34,668 bases of DNA, taken from positions 1-34,668 of IMG/VR virus record IMGVR_UViG_2737471865_000001; one strand, written 5' to 3'. The DNA comes from a virus. Its lineage: Duplodnaviria > Heunggongvirae > Uroviricota > Caudoviricetes. How positions within the stretch are numbered: position 1 is the stretch's first letter; each line of letters opens with the position of its first letter. The notes below the pieces were generated by a model that was not told the origin of the DNA, searched no databases, and was given only the letters and a program-made list of their open reading frames with translations. Below, piece by piece: positions 7,479 to 16,030 of the stretch. The position numbers were made by a program, and so were the translations under genes.

Positions 7479-8327
7479 GCAACCGTAACACATTTAAGGC
7501 CTTCACAACGGCCTGTGGAGCGTCGTGTGGCAGAAGTTGAAGATGGTTATACCCGTCTTGCAAATGCCCTGTATGAAGAGCTTATCGGCGCAGATTTAAC
7601 GAAAAATCAGAGCAAGGTTGCCCACGCCATATGCCGTAAAACATACGGCTACGGTAAAAAGATGGATCGCATCTCTGATAGTCAGTTAGCTCAAATTACC
7701 AGGCTGCCAAGACAGAAGGTAAACAAGGCCAAGAATGAGCTTATCGCGATGAAGGTTATCCTTCGCGAAGGCCAGCAAATCGGGCCTAACAAGAACATCG
7801 AGGAATGGCAAATCGAAGGGTGTCACTACTCTGGTGATAATGTCACTGCATTGGTGACAAAAACTGTCACCAAAACGGTGACAGCGCTGTCACCAAAACA
7901 GGGACACACAAAAGAAACTATTACAAAAGAAAAAAGAAATAATAAAAACACTATGTCCGAAAGTGTTCGGACGGAGTGTGAAAAATCACATGACCGTCAC
8001 GAAGAAACCGACAAGGCATTCGAGGAAATATTCTGGTGTGCAGGCATGCGGAAAGCCGGGAAGAAAAACGCAGCTTCGGCATTCAGAACACAGTTCAGGG
8101 AATGGCGTAAAACTACCAGGGGTACGGCAAGCGAGTTTGCCACGATGCTGGCAGAAGACATCGCATGCAGGAATGGTAAGCAGTTCGGATTCGACAGGTT
8201 GTTACCATCGAGCTATCTGAACGGTCAGCGCTGGAACGACGAGAAGCCAGAAACTATTCAACCACAATCCAAACCATCATCCGCAATCACCGTATCGAAA
8301 ACTGGCTACGTGTTTTTCGACAGGTGA
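7467..8327 (+). CDS. O: replication initiator, lambda O-like N-terminal domain
   Basis: N-terminal [55 protein letters not shown] is the lambda O / Phage_rep_O DNA-binding domain. Internal linker [20 protein letters not shown] is encoded by iteron DNA. Confidence 0.85.
   Translation: MSNLATVTHLRPSQRPVERRVAEVEDGYTRLANALYEELIGADLTKNQSKVAHAICRKTYGYGKKMDRISDSQLAQITRLPRQKVNKAKNELIAMKVILREGQQIGPNKNIEEWQIEGCHYSGDNVTALVTKTVTKTVTALSPKQGHTKETITKEKRNNKNTMSESVRTECEKSHDRHEETDKAFEEIFWCAGMRKAGKKNAASAFRTQFREWRKTTRGTASEFATMLAEDIACRNGKQFGFDRLLPSSYLNGQRWNDEKPETIQPQSKPSSAITVSKTGYVFFDR
7819..7955. repeat. origin of replication: seven alternating GGTGACA/TGTCACC iteron motifs plus adjacent AT-rich tract, inside the O gene
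   Basis: Motif copies at 7821, 7833, 7841, 7853, 7865, 7878 and 7889 at roughly 11-12 bp spacing, followed by an A/T-rich tract 7896..7955 (aaagaaactattacaaaagaaaaaagaaataataaaaac). Same architecture as ori-lambda. Confidence 0.7.
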
Positions 8328-8434
8328 ACCATGAAATCAAAAATCAAATCGCTACTGGTCGCTGGTTATAACCACGGCTGGTTAAGTATTTCGTTTGTCA
8401 ATTTCTGGTTTAAAAATCTCAATCTGAGGGAATC

Positions 8435-11341
8435 ATGACGCCAAGTGAACTTAGCGATCTGCTTTGGGTGCAGGTTGACAGGGTGGCTCCGCACCTGTTG
8501 CCAAACGGCAAGAAAGAGGGGCATGAGTGGGTTGCCGGTAACGTCAACGGTGACAAGGGAAACAGCCTTAAGGTCAACCTTAGCGGCAAGAAAAAATGGG
8601 CTGATTTCGCTGAGGGAGACGGCGGTGACATGCTTGATTTGTGGATGGCATGTCGTGGAATTAACCTGCATCAGGCGATGCATGAAGCGAAAGCATTTCT
8701 CGGAATCAAGGATGACGATCACCATTTCGATGCCAAACGTGAGAAGAAATTCTCCAGACCTGATCGCAAGAAGATCGCCCGCTACGTTACCAGAACAGAA
8801 TCCCATCTTGAGTACCTGCAATCGCGTGGTATATCGCCAGAAATCGTAAAGCGCTACGAGGTTGTCAGCGGCAAGGTGTGGAATGGAGAGCGGGAACTGG
8901 ATGCTCTGGTGATTCCGTACAAACGCGATGGTGAGTTGTTGCAGGTCAAGCGAATCAGCACTGAGCGCCCGGACGGGAAGAAAGTCATTATGGCAGAAGG
9001 TGATTGCGAACCTTGTCTGTTCGGATGGCAGGCTCTGGACGCTGGCGTGAGGGCGGTTGTGCTTTGCGAAGGCGAAATTGATTGTATGAGCTATGCGCAA
9101 TACGGCATCTCGGCGTTATCCGTGCCGTTTGGTGGCGGGAAAGGCGCTAAGCAACAGTGGATTGAGTTTGAGTATCACAACCTCGACAGGTTTGAGGAAA
9201 TATTCATCTCGATGGACGTTGATGATGTTGGTCGTGAAGCCGCAAGGGAAATCGCAAGCCGACTCGGTGAACATCGTTGCCGTCTTGTTACTCTGCCGTA
9301 CAAAGACATCAACGAATGCCTGATGAACGGTGTTACCGAGGATGAAATCTGGCAGTACATTGGCACGGCATCCTACTTCGATCCTGAAGAACTCTACAGC
9401 GCGCGAGAGTTTTACCATGACACTATCAACGCTTTCTACGGCAAGCAGCAGTATCTGTTTAATCCACCGTGGGAATCTCTGGCAGATAAATTCCAGTTCC
9501 GTGAGGCAGAATTGACGCTGGTCAATGGTGTGAACGGTCACGGAAAAGCCTGTCCACTTGATGAACCAATTCTGCTCGCTAATGGTGAATGGACTACTCA
9601 CGGGGATGTAAAAATTGGCGATCAGGTGGCATCAGTAGACGGCAATCCGTCAACTGTCACCGGGATATTCCCGCAGGGTGTTAGAGATGTTTACCGAGTC
9701 ACATTTGAAGATGGTCGTTATGTTGATTGCGCAGGCGATCACCTATGGGAGGTCACTAGTCGTGGATTCACGAAAGGCGAGAAGCGCCGCGTGATAGACA
9801 CCTTCGAGCTGAAACGGTTGAGTGAAACGAAGAGGCACAAAAATGGCGTCAGGATACCCGAAATAACTGGTGACTTTGGCGACCACTCAGAGCCATTAGC
9901 ATGGGTTATCGGCTCCCTTCTCGGGGATGGTAGTCTTAGCAATGGGAGCGTGAAGTTTTCAAACGTCGAGCCATACATGATCGAGCGTATGAAGGCTGAA
10001 CTGCCTGATTACAACTTCTCTGGAGATGGTAAGGACTGGCTGATATCAACGGCGCGTGGTCAGGTAAATCCACTCATGGAGACCCTGCGAGTTTATGGAC
10101 TAATGGGGTGCACAGCAAAAAACAAATTCATCCCTCGTGTGTTTTTTTCCGCAAACAAATCAACGCGTATAGGAATGCTGTGTGGTCTGCTTGAAACGGA
10201 TGGTTATGTCGAGAAGGATGGAACGCTTGTTTTTTCCTCAGCAAGTGAAGAACTGCGTAATGGGGTTGTTCAACTGGTTAACTCACTCGGCGGTTCATGC
10301 CGGACGCGAGTTAAAACTGGCGTGACATACACATACAAGGGCGATAAGCGGCATGGGATGGATTCATATGAGGCAAGGATACGACTGACAAGGGAAATCA
10401 GGGAGGCCATCCGTTCACCACGACTCAATGGCAGATTAACTGCGCATCGATTCGAGGGGTGTGGGGTATTCGTCAGGAATGTTGAAAAAATCGGCAATGC
10501 AGAATGCTTGTGTATCATGGTCGATCACCCTCGCCACCTGTATGTAACCAGAGGATATGTGGCAACGCATAACACCGAGGTTGTCGGGCATATGGCACTT
10601 GAGGCAATGCGTCAGGGTGTGAAGACGTGCATCGCGTCACTTGAGCTGAAGCCTGGTATTCTCCTTAAGCGCCTTACCCGTCAGGCGACGTGCTGCAAGA
10701 TGCCGCCAGTGCTGGAAATTGACTCTGCATTTAAATTTTATGACGAAAGACTTTGGGTGTTTGGTCTGACCGGAACGGCGAAAGCCGACAGGCTGATCGA
10801 AATATTCGACTACGCTCGCCGCCGATACGGCATCCAGTTATTCATCATCGACAGCCTGATGAAATGCGGCATAGGTGACGATGATTATAACGGGCAGAAG
10901 GCGTTTGTTGACTCGATTTGCGACTTCAAAAACAAAACAAACTCCCACGTCATTCTCGTTACTCACTCGCGAAAAGGAGACAGCGAAGAAAAACCAACCG
11001 GGAAAATGGACGTAAAAGGCTCTGGAGCGATAACAGACCTGACAGACAACCTTTTCATCATCTGGCGTAACAAGGCTCGCGAGAGAGCGTTACAGAGAGT
11101 TCAGAGTGGTGAAAAGATGTCAGAGAAGGACGAACAGCTACTGGCATCTCCGGCATCTGTTTTGATGCTTGAAAAACAACGTAACGGCGAAGGTTGGGAA
11201 GGTGGTGTCCCGTTGTTCCTTGACGAGCAATCGCACCAGTTCCTGCAACTTGAATCAGGGTCGCCATATAGCTACATCGCTAATATGCCGAAATCGGAAT
11301 ATGACGAGGCGTGGCGACAGGAAAACGTGACGGAGTATTAA
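8435..11341 (+). CDS. bifunctional DNA primase / SF4 (DnaB/T7 gp4-like) helicase, interrupted by an in-frame intein
   Basis: 968 aa. N-terminal primase region with TOPRIM motifs (VLCEGEIDCMS; ISMDVDDVGRE). P-loop NGVNGHGKA at residues 365..372. C-terminal helicase motifs LFIIDSLM (Walker B), HVILVTHSRKGD and KGSGAITDLTDNLFII align with T7 gp4 helicase motifs. Residues 373..713 are an intein. Confidence 0.88.
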   Translation: MTPSELSDLLWVQVDRVAPHLLPNGKKEGHEWVAGNVNGDKGNSLKVNLSGKKKWADFAEGDGGDMLDLWMACRGINLHQAMHEAKAFLGIKDDDHHFDAKREKKFSRPDRKKIARYVTRTESHLEYLQSRGISPEIVKRYEVVSGKVWNGERELDALVIPYKRDGELLQVKRISTERPDGKKVIMAEGDCEPCLFGWQALDAGVRAVVLCEGEIDCMSYAQYGISALSVPFGGGKGAKQQWIEFEYHNLDRFEEIFISMDVDDVGREAAREIASRLGEHRCRLVTLPYKDINECLMNGVTEDEIWQYIGTASYFDPEELYSAREFYHDTINAFYGKQQYLFNPPWESLADKFQFREAELTLVNGVNGHGKACPLDEPILLANGEWTTHGDVKIGDQVASVDGNPSTVTGIFPQGVRDVYRVTFEDGRYVDCAGDHLWEVTSRGFTKGEKRRVIDTFELKRLSETKRHKNGVRIPEITGDFGDHSEPLAWVIGSLLGDGSLSNGSVKFSNVEPYMIERMKAELPDYNFSGDGKDWLISTARGQVNPLMETLRVYGLMGCTAKNKFIPRVFFSANKSTRIGMLCGLLETDGYVEKDGTLVFSSASEELRNGVVQLVNSLGGSCRTRVKTGVTYTYKGDKRHGMDSYEARIRLTREIREAIRSPRLNGRLTAHRFEGCGVFVRNVEKIGNAECLCIMVDHPRHLYVTRGYVATHNTEVVGHMALEAMRQGVKTCIASLELKPGILLKRLTRQATCCKMPPVLEIDSAFKFYDERLWVFGLTGTAKADRLIEIFDYARRRYGIQLFIIDSLMKCGIGDDDYNGQKAFVDSICDFKNKTNSHVILVTHSRKGDSEEKPTGKMDVKGSGAITDLTDNLFIIWRNKARERALQRVQSGEKMSEKDEQLLASPASVLMLEKQRNGEGWEGGVPLFLDEQSHQFLQLESGSPYSYIANMPKSEYDEAWRQENVTEY
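9551..10573 (+). mobile_element. intein (341 aa) with LAGLIDADG homing-endonuclease domain, inserted in the helicase Walker A loop
   Basis: Begins with Cys immediately after GHGKA (CPLDEPILLANGEW, Hint block A). Two LAGLIDADG-type motifs (VIGSLLGDGSL and LCGLLETDGYV). Ends YVATHN followed by Thr as the +1 extein residue. Flanking exteins together form a contiguous helicase domain. Confidence 0.85.
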
Positions 11342-11370
11342 ATGACCATCTACATCACTGAGCTAATAAC

Positions 11371-11399
11371 AGGCCTGCTGGTAATCGCAGGCCTTTTTA
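11371..11399 (+). terminator. rho-independent terminator after the primase-helicase gene
   Basis: Hairpin AGGCCTGC-tggtaatc-GCAGGCCT followed by TTTTTAT. Confidence 0.75.
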
Positions 11400-11417
11400 T
11401 TTGGGGGAGAGGGAAGT

Positions 11418-11744
11418 GTGGCTGACTGGCAAATTCCAATCATCATTCTTGCCGGAGCTTCGCTGGTTGCTGGCTTTATCCTGCTGAAAAAGCATAAAGA
11501 CCGTGATCAAAAAGTCGAAGTTCTCTATGGGTATCCAGCGAACAGCACAACATGGCTGACCATTTACCACTACCGAAAATCAGGCCGCTGGGTATTCGAA
11601 TGGGATGATCTGTTCGCTGAAAAGCGACCAAAGTCATGGGGAGACATCAGCGAATGCATGATGTTTGAAGAAAGAAAATCCGGCGCAACTCGAGAAGAGT
11701 TTAACGAAGCGTGGAGGCGATTAAGTGAGAGAGGGTATCAATGA
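11418..11744 (+). CDS. hypothetical membrane-anchored protein (108 aa)
   Basis: N-terminal hydrophobic helix (IPIIILAGASLVAGFILL); track start is a GTG. Confidence 0.45.
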   Translation: MADWQIPIIILAGASLVAGFILLKKHKDRDQKVEVLYGYPANSTTWLTIYHYRKSGRWVFEWDDLFAEKRPKSWGDISECMMFEERKSGATREEFNEAWRRLSERGYQ

Positions 11745-11977
11745 GCAAAATTAAATCTGGTTATCCAGGGAATGGGGAATACCCGAAGCCATATTTACCT
11801 GTAACTGTGACCACTCAATCTAGGCATCCACATCATTTCAAGCAAAGTGGCACAGCTTATTGGAGTGGCAAGCGGTGGATAGGTATTGATGGGTTCAAAA
11901 TTGGGTATGCAAAGGTAATTAAATGGGAATTTAACATCACAAACTGGAGTTCATCCCATGAGGAAACTAACGTTTGA
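11741..11977 (+). CDS. hypothetical protein (78 aa)
   Basis: ORF overlapping neighbours by ATGA-type junctions; no recognisable motif. Confidence 0.4.
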   Translation: MSKIKSGYPGNGEYPKPYLPVTVTTQSRHPHHFKQSGTAYWSGKRWIGIDGFKIGYAKVIKWEFNITNWSSSHEETNV

Positions 11978-12398
11978 ACTAAGAAGCCCCATCCATCAGC
12001 AGAACGCCATTCAAGCTATCCAGCAAATCCTTCCAGACCCAACCAAACCAATCGTAGTAACCATTCAGGAACGCAACCGCAGCTTAGACCAGAATCGAAA
12101 GCTTTGGGCTTGCCTTGGTGACGTCTCTCGTCAGGTTGAATGGCATGGTCGCTGGCTGGATGCAGAAAGCTGGAAGTGTGTGTTTACCGCAGCATTAAAG
12201 CAGCAAGACGTTGTTCCTAACCTTGCCGGGAATGGCTTTGTGGTAATAGGCCAGTCAACCAGCAGGATGCGTGTAAGCGAATTTGCGGAGCTATTAGAGC
12301 TTATACAGGCATTCGGTGCAGAGCGTGGCGTTAAGTGGTCAGACGAAGCGCGAATGGCTCTCGAATGGAAAGCGCGATGGGGAGACAGGGCGGCATGA
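11958..12398 (+). CDS. ninB: NinB (Orf-family recombination mediator)
   Basis: 146 aa; [73 protein letters not shown] matches lambda NinB from memory almost residue for residue. Confidence 0.93.
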   Translation: MRKLTFELRSPIHQQNAIQAIQQILPDPTKPIVVTIQERNRSLDQNRKLWACLGDVSRQVEWHGRWLDAESWKCVFTAALKQQDVVPNLAGNGFVVIGQSTSRMRVSEFAELLELIQAFGAERGVKWSDEARMALEWKARWGDRAA

Positions 12399-12571
12399 GA
12401 CGACAGCGACGAAGTATCACCGACATAATCTGCGAAAACTGCAAATACCTTCCAACGAAACGCTCCAGAAATAAACGCAAGCCAATTCCAAAAGAATCTG
12501 ACGTAAAAACCTTCAATTACACGGCTCACCTGTGGGATATCCGGTGGCTAAGAAATCGTGCGAGGAAATGA
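12395..12571 (+). CDS. ninE: NinE-family small protein
   Basis: 58 aa [58 protein letters not shown]; ATG overlaps the ninB stop as ATGA. I am unsure whether this is catalogued as NinD or NinE. Confidence 0.75.
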   Translation: MRRQRRSITDIICENCKYLPTKRSRNKRKPIPKESDVKTFNYTAHLWDIRWLRNRARK

Positions 12572-12975
12572 CAATGCTTTTAATTCAACCTGGATTTGGC
12601 CTTAGCATCAAAAAAGGGCACATGTTTGGCGAGAAAGAGTCTCAACGAAAAATGGTGTCGATACAGTTGCCATTTATCAGTATTTATTGGCTAAACAGGG
12701 AGGCAACAAATTATTGGTATACATGCGCCAGAGCAGCATTTAACGACCCTGACTGGTTTGTGAATAACCACCACGCAGTTCGTCAGGCAAAGAGAAAGGC
12801 CAATACGACATACATGAAGGCGTATCGAAAAGCATGGAAAGAACACCGCGATCGATACCAGCAAGACATGGAAAAGCTTGAATCAGAAAACATGGAATTA
12901 AGACGAAAGCTTGGTGAAGCAAAACGAGACATTGATGCTTACAAGCGACTTTTTAATGGTGAAAGCCATGCTTAG
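12568..12975 (+). CDS. hypothetical protein with C-terminal coiled coil (135 aa from the coupled ATG)
   Basis: ATG at 12568 overlaps the ninE stop; C-terminus [30 protein letters not shown] is coiled-coil-like. Confidence 0.45.
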   Translation: MTMLLIQPGFGLSIKKGHMFGEKESQRKMVSIQLPFISIYWLNREATNYWYTCARAAFNDPDWFVNNHHAVRQAKRKANTTYMKAYRKAWKEHRDRYQQDMEKLESENMELRRKLGEAKRDIDAYKRLFNGESHA

Positions 12976-13144
12976 TCCATCCCAATCTCTTCAATACCAG
13001 AAAGAAAGCGTCGAGCGGGCTTTAACGTGCGCTAACTGCGGTCAGAAGCTGCATGTGCTGGAAGTTCACGTGTGTGAGCACTGCTGCGCAGAACTGATGA
13101 GCGATCCGAATAGCTCAATGTACGAGGAAGAAGACGATGAATGA
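12968..13144 (+). CDS. ninF: NinF
   Basis: 58 aa [46 protein letters not shown]... with CxxC...CxxCC zinc-ribbon-like pattern; matches lambda NinF from memory. Confidence 0.88.
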   Translation: MLSPSQSLQYQKESVERALTCANCGQKLHVLEVHVCEHCCAELMSDPNSSMYEEEDDE

Positions 13145-13859
13145 GTTAATAAATGGCAATGCCATCAAAATGACAAGCATTGAAATCGCTGAGTTGGTTG
13201 GTAAGCGTCATGACAATGTGAAACGTACCATCGAAACGCTGGCTAAAAATGGTGTTATCCGGCTTCCTCAAATTGAGGTTTCCGAAAGAATCAATAACTT
13301 AGGGTTCAATGTTCAGTACGAGCATTACGTCTTCGAAGGCGAACAAGGTAAGCGAGACAGTATTGTCGTTGTTGCCCAGTTGTCGCCAGAGTTCACCGCT
13401 CGCCTTGTTGACCGCTGGCGAGAGCTTGAAGAAGCTGCGGTTAATATCCCCAAAACGCTACCGGAAGCGTTGCGCCTTGCTGCTGATCTTGCCGAGAAGA
13501 AAATGCAACTGGAAAACCAGCTCGCAATTGCCGCACCTAAAGTTGAGTTTGCCGATCGAGTTGGCGAGGCCAGCGGAATTTTGATTGGAAACTATGCAAA
13601 GGTTGTTGGTATTGGTCCAAACAAACTGTTTGCATGGATGCGCGATCACAAAATCCTTATTGCTTCAGGTTCCCGGCGCAATGCGCCAATGCAGGAATAT
13701 ATGGATCGCGGCTATTTCACAGTGAAAGAAACAGCTGTCAACACAAATCACGGAATACAGATATCGTTCACCACAAAAATCACCGGGCGTGGTCAACAGT
13801 GGCTGACCAGAAAGCTGCTCGATAACGGAATGCTGAAAGTAACCGGGGAGGCTGCTTAA
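13137..13859 (+). CDS. Rha / KilAC-type phage regulatory (antirepressor-like) protein
   Basis: N-terminal Rha-like winged-helix segment (MTSIEIAELVGKRHDNVKRTIETLAKNG) and C-terminal KilA-C/AntB-like region. Confidence 0.65.
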   Translation: MNELINGNAIKMTSIEIAELVGKRHDNVKRTIETLAKNGVIRLPQIEVSERINNLGFNVQYEHYVFEGEQGKRDSIVVVAQLSPEFTARLVDRWRELEEAAVNIPKTLPEALRLAADLAEKKMQLENQLAIAAPKVEFADRVGEASGILIGNYAKVVGIGPNKLFAWMRDHKILIASGSRRNAPMQEYMDRGYFTVKETAVNTNHGIQISFTTKITGRGQQWLTRKLLDNGMLKVTGEAA

Positions 13860-14149
13860 TGGCTAACCTACGCAAAGAAGCGCGCGGAAGAGAATGCCAG
13901 GTACGTATTTACGGCGTATGCAATGGCAACCCTGAAACTACAGTTCTGGCACATTACCGGATGGCTGGAATTTGCGGAACGGGAATGAAGCCTGACGACC
14001 TGATCGGCGCATGGGCTTGTAGCGACTGCCACGCGGAGATCGACCGACGCACCCATAATCTCGACAACAAAGACGCCAGACTTTACCACCTCGAAGGCGT
14101 GATCAGGACGCAGGCGATACTGCTGAAGGAGGGGAAGATTAAGCCATGA
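13859..14149 (+). CDS. YbcO-like (DUF1364) nin-region protein, putative nuclease
   Basis: 96 aa with Cys/His pattern GRECQVRIYGVCNGNPETTVLAHYR...CSDCHAEIDRRTH, resembling DLP12 YbcO. Confidence 0.65.
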   Translation: MANLRKEARGRECQVRIYGVCNGNPETTVLAHYRMAGICGTGMKPDDLIGAWACSDCHAEIDRRTHNLDNKDARLYHLEGVIRTQAILLKEGKIKP

Positions 14150-14508
14150 ACGAATATCAGTTTGTGCTTCCATACCCGCCGTCGCTGAACACCTACTGGC
14201 GAAGAAGGGGAAGCCAATACTACATCAGCGATAAAGGCCAGAAATACCGAAAAGACGTTCAGCAAATCATCCGCCAACTCAAGTTAGACATTTTCACCAA
14301 ATCACGACTCCGCATCAAAGTCATCGCAGACGTTCCAGACTCCCGCCGCCGCGACCTCGACAACATTCTTAAAGGTTTACTCGACTCCCTTATCCACGCC
14401 GGATTTGCGGAAGACGACGAGCAATTCGATGACATTCGCGTAATTCGTGGCGTGAAAGTACCAGGCGGAAGGCTTGGAATAAAAATCACCGAACTGGAGA
14501 ACGTATGA
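14146..14508 (+). CDS. rusA: Holliday-junction resolvase RusA
   Basis: 120 aa; motifs PYPPSLNTYWRR, PDSRRRDLDNILKGLLDSL and GGRLGIKITEL parallel E. coli RusA catalytic residues. Confidence 0.9.
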   Translation: MNEYQFVLPYPPSLNTYWRRRGSQYYISDKGQKYRKDVQQIIRQLKLDIFTKSRLRIKVIADVPDSRRRDLDNILKGLLDSLIHAGFAEDDEQFDDIRVIRGVKVPGGRLGIKITELENV

Positions 14509-14693
14509 ACGCCACAATTCAAACGATACCAGAGCTTCTTATCCAGACACGAGGCAATCAGACCGAAGTGGCGAGGATGCTTTCCTGCGCAAGAGGAACA
14601 GTGCTCAAGTACAACCGAGACAGCAAAGGCGAGCGTCATGTAATAGTTAACGGCGTCCTGATGGTCAAACAGGGCAAGAGGGGAAGACGATGA
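14505..14693 (+). CDS. ninH: NinH-like small DNA-binding protein
   Basis: 62 aa with TIPELLIQTRGNQTEVARMLSCARGTVLKY, resembling lambda NinH (Fis-like HTH). Confidence 0.75.
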   Translation: MNATIQTIPELLIQTRGNQTEVARMLSCARGTVLKYNRDSKGERHVIVNGVLMVKQGKRGRR

Positions 14694-15178
14694 GCATAAG
14701 AGAACTAAACCTCACCAAAGAGCAGCACGATTGGCTGAATGGCTGGCTTGAACTGTGGGGAGCATGGGTTTATTCAGGTCGTCTTGAAAAGCGCATGAGC
14801 AGCGTAATAGCGAAGTTCATGGAGAGCGTAGAGCCGGGAAGAGTTATGACAAGGCCGATGTGCAATGATGATGATGGAATGTTGATTTCTCAGGTCGTCG
14901 ATTCCGTCATGTACATTGACAAGAAAGCCTTTGGCATCCTCCTCAGCTACTACGCCCACGGTTCTTCCAAGCACGCCATTGCATCTTACTATCATCGCGT
15001 CGCAAGACCTCGCAAGATGTTATGCCGGGGCGGCGGGCGCATTCAAAAACCATCGCTCGCAACCTGTCGTCGGGAAGTTGACGAAATCCTCAATGCCTCG
15101 TTGTTTATGATTTACCCGGTTCTGGATAGTGCGTTTAAAAACCGGAAACGTGTAGAGAAAATTAAACATGTAGCGTAG
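14690..15178 (+). CDS. Q: late-gene antiterminator Q (non-lambda type, probably phage 21/82 family)
   Basis: Called mainly from position: last gene of the nin region, directly upstream of a strong -35 TTGACA and the lysis cassette. 162 aa, not lambda Q-like in sequence; the N gene and nut sites are phi21-type. Confidence 0.55.
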   Translation: MSIRELNLTKEQHDWLNGWLELWGAWVYSGRLEKRMSSVIAKFMESVEPGRVMTRPMCNDDDGMLISQVVDSVMYIDKKAFGILLSYYAHGSSKHAIASYYHRVARPRKMLCRGGGRIQKPSLATCRREVDEILNASLFMIYPVLDSAFKNRKRVEKIKHVA

Positions 15179-15334
15179 AACGTGTTGACATCATTGAGCA
15201 AATGAGCAACACTATTCGCATAAGCTGCCGTTAGTGACTCTTAAGTTGCAACGGTGGCTTTTTTTGTTTGCACAACAGGTAAGAGCATTCTCCTTTATGG
15301 GGCTTGGCTTAAATGCACCGAGTGCTCTTATCGT

Positions 15335-15464
15335 TGTGGTGAAGCTCAATGGCGAGCTAGCAGATAGGCGACAGTGAAAATACTAGTCATGTAGCTGACC
15401 GCCGCGCGTACTGCAATCGGCAGCGCACCGATGGAAGCCGGTTCGATTCCGGCCGCCACAACCC
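15335..15464 (+). ncRNA. tRNA-like element (non-canonical; possibly a degenerate or interrupted tRNA)
   Basis: Canonical T-arm GCCGG-TTCGATT-CCGGC (15437..15453) followed by CGCCACA, which can pair with TGTGGTG at 15335..15341. A D-arm-like GCTC-aatggc-GAGC at 15344..15357 and a 5-bp stem with 7-nt loop at 15416..15432. Total span ~130 nt, with ~58 nt between the D-arm and the anticodon-like arm; the loop lacks U33. Confidence 0.25.
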
Positions 15465-15553
15465 AAACTGAGCCGTAGCCACTGGCTATCCTGAATTCAT
15501 CAGTGATAGTTACGCTGCGGCCTTCTACACATGACCTTCGTGAAAGCGGGTGA

Positions 15554-15586
15554 CAGGAGGTCGCGCTAACAACCTCCTGCCGTTTT
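15554..15586 (+). terminator. hairpin plus short T-run upstream of the lysis genes
   Basis: Stem CAGGAGGT / ACCTCCTG (8 bp, 10-nt loop) followed by CCGTTTTG. Confidence 0.4.
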
Positions 15587-15706
15587 GCCCGTGCATATCG
15601 GTCACGAACAAATCTGATTACTAAACACAGTAGCCTGGATTTGTTCTATCAGTAATCGACCTTATTCCTAATTAAATAGAGCAAATCCCCTTATTGGGGG
15701 TAAGAC

Positions 15707-16030
15707 ATGAAGATGCCAGAAAAACATGACCTGTTAGCCGCCATTCTCGCGGCAAAGGAACAAGGCATCGGGGCAATCCTTGCGTTTGCAATGGCGTACC
15801 TTCGCGGCAGATATGATGGCGGTGCGTTTACAAAAACAGTAATCGACGCAACGATGTGCGCCATTATCGCCTGGTTCATTCGTGACCTTCTCGACTTCGC
15901 CGGACTAAGTAGCAATCTCGCTTATATAACGAGCGTGTTCATCGGCTACATCGGTACTGACTCGATTGGTTCGCTTATCAAACGCTTCGCTGCTAAAAAA
16001 GCCGGAGTAGAAGATGGTGGAAATCAATAA
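15707..16030 (+). CDS. S: holin S (lambda class I holin)
   Basis: 107 aa, [36 protein letters not shown]... with dual-start MKM and three TM segments; essentially lambda S. Confidence 0.96.
   Translation: MKMPEKHDLLAAILAAKEQGIGAILAFAMAYLRGRYDGGAFTKTVIDATMCAIIAWFIRDLLDFAGLSSNLAYITSVFIGYIGTDSIGSLIKRFAAKKAGVEDGGNQ

Noticed and set aside
7819-7900. Short spaced repeats that could be mistaken for a CRISPR array
   Set aside because: Repeats are only 7 bp, alternate in orientation, sit in frame inside the O gene and are followed by an AT-rich tract: classic origin iterons, not CRISPR.
8366-9100. 244-aa minus-strand ORF, with nested 8419..8631 and 8445..8849 ORFs
   Set aside because: Entirely antisense to or overlapping the well-supported primase-helicase gene; no start context or recognisable motif; typical shadow ORF.
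12131-12529. 132-aa minus-strand ORF across ninB/ninE, plus 12740..12922 and 13458..13649
   Set aside because: Antisense to confidently identified nin genes that are tightly coupled on the plus strand.
15335-15464. Calling a canonical, functional tRNA gene
   Set aside because: The acceptor-to-acceptor span is ~130 nt, and no 7-bp acceptor partner exists at the distance expected for a 73-90-nt tRNA; reported only as a tRNA-like element.
15180-15706. Possible toxin or cargo genes (Stx-like) between Q and the holin
   Set aside because: No ORF of meaningful length in any frame; the ~530-bp gap holds only a promoter-like element, the tRNA-like structure and hairpins.
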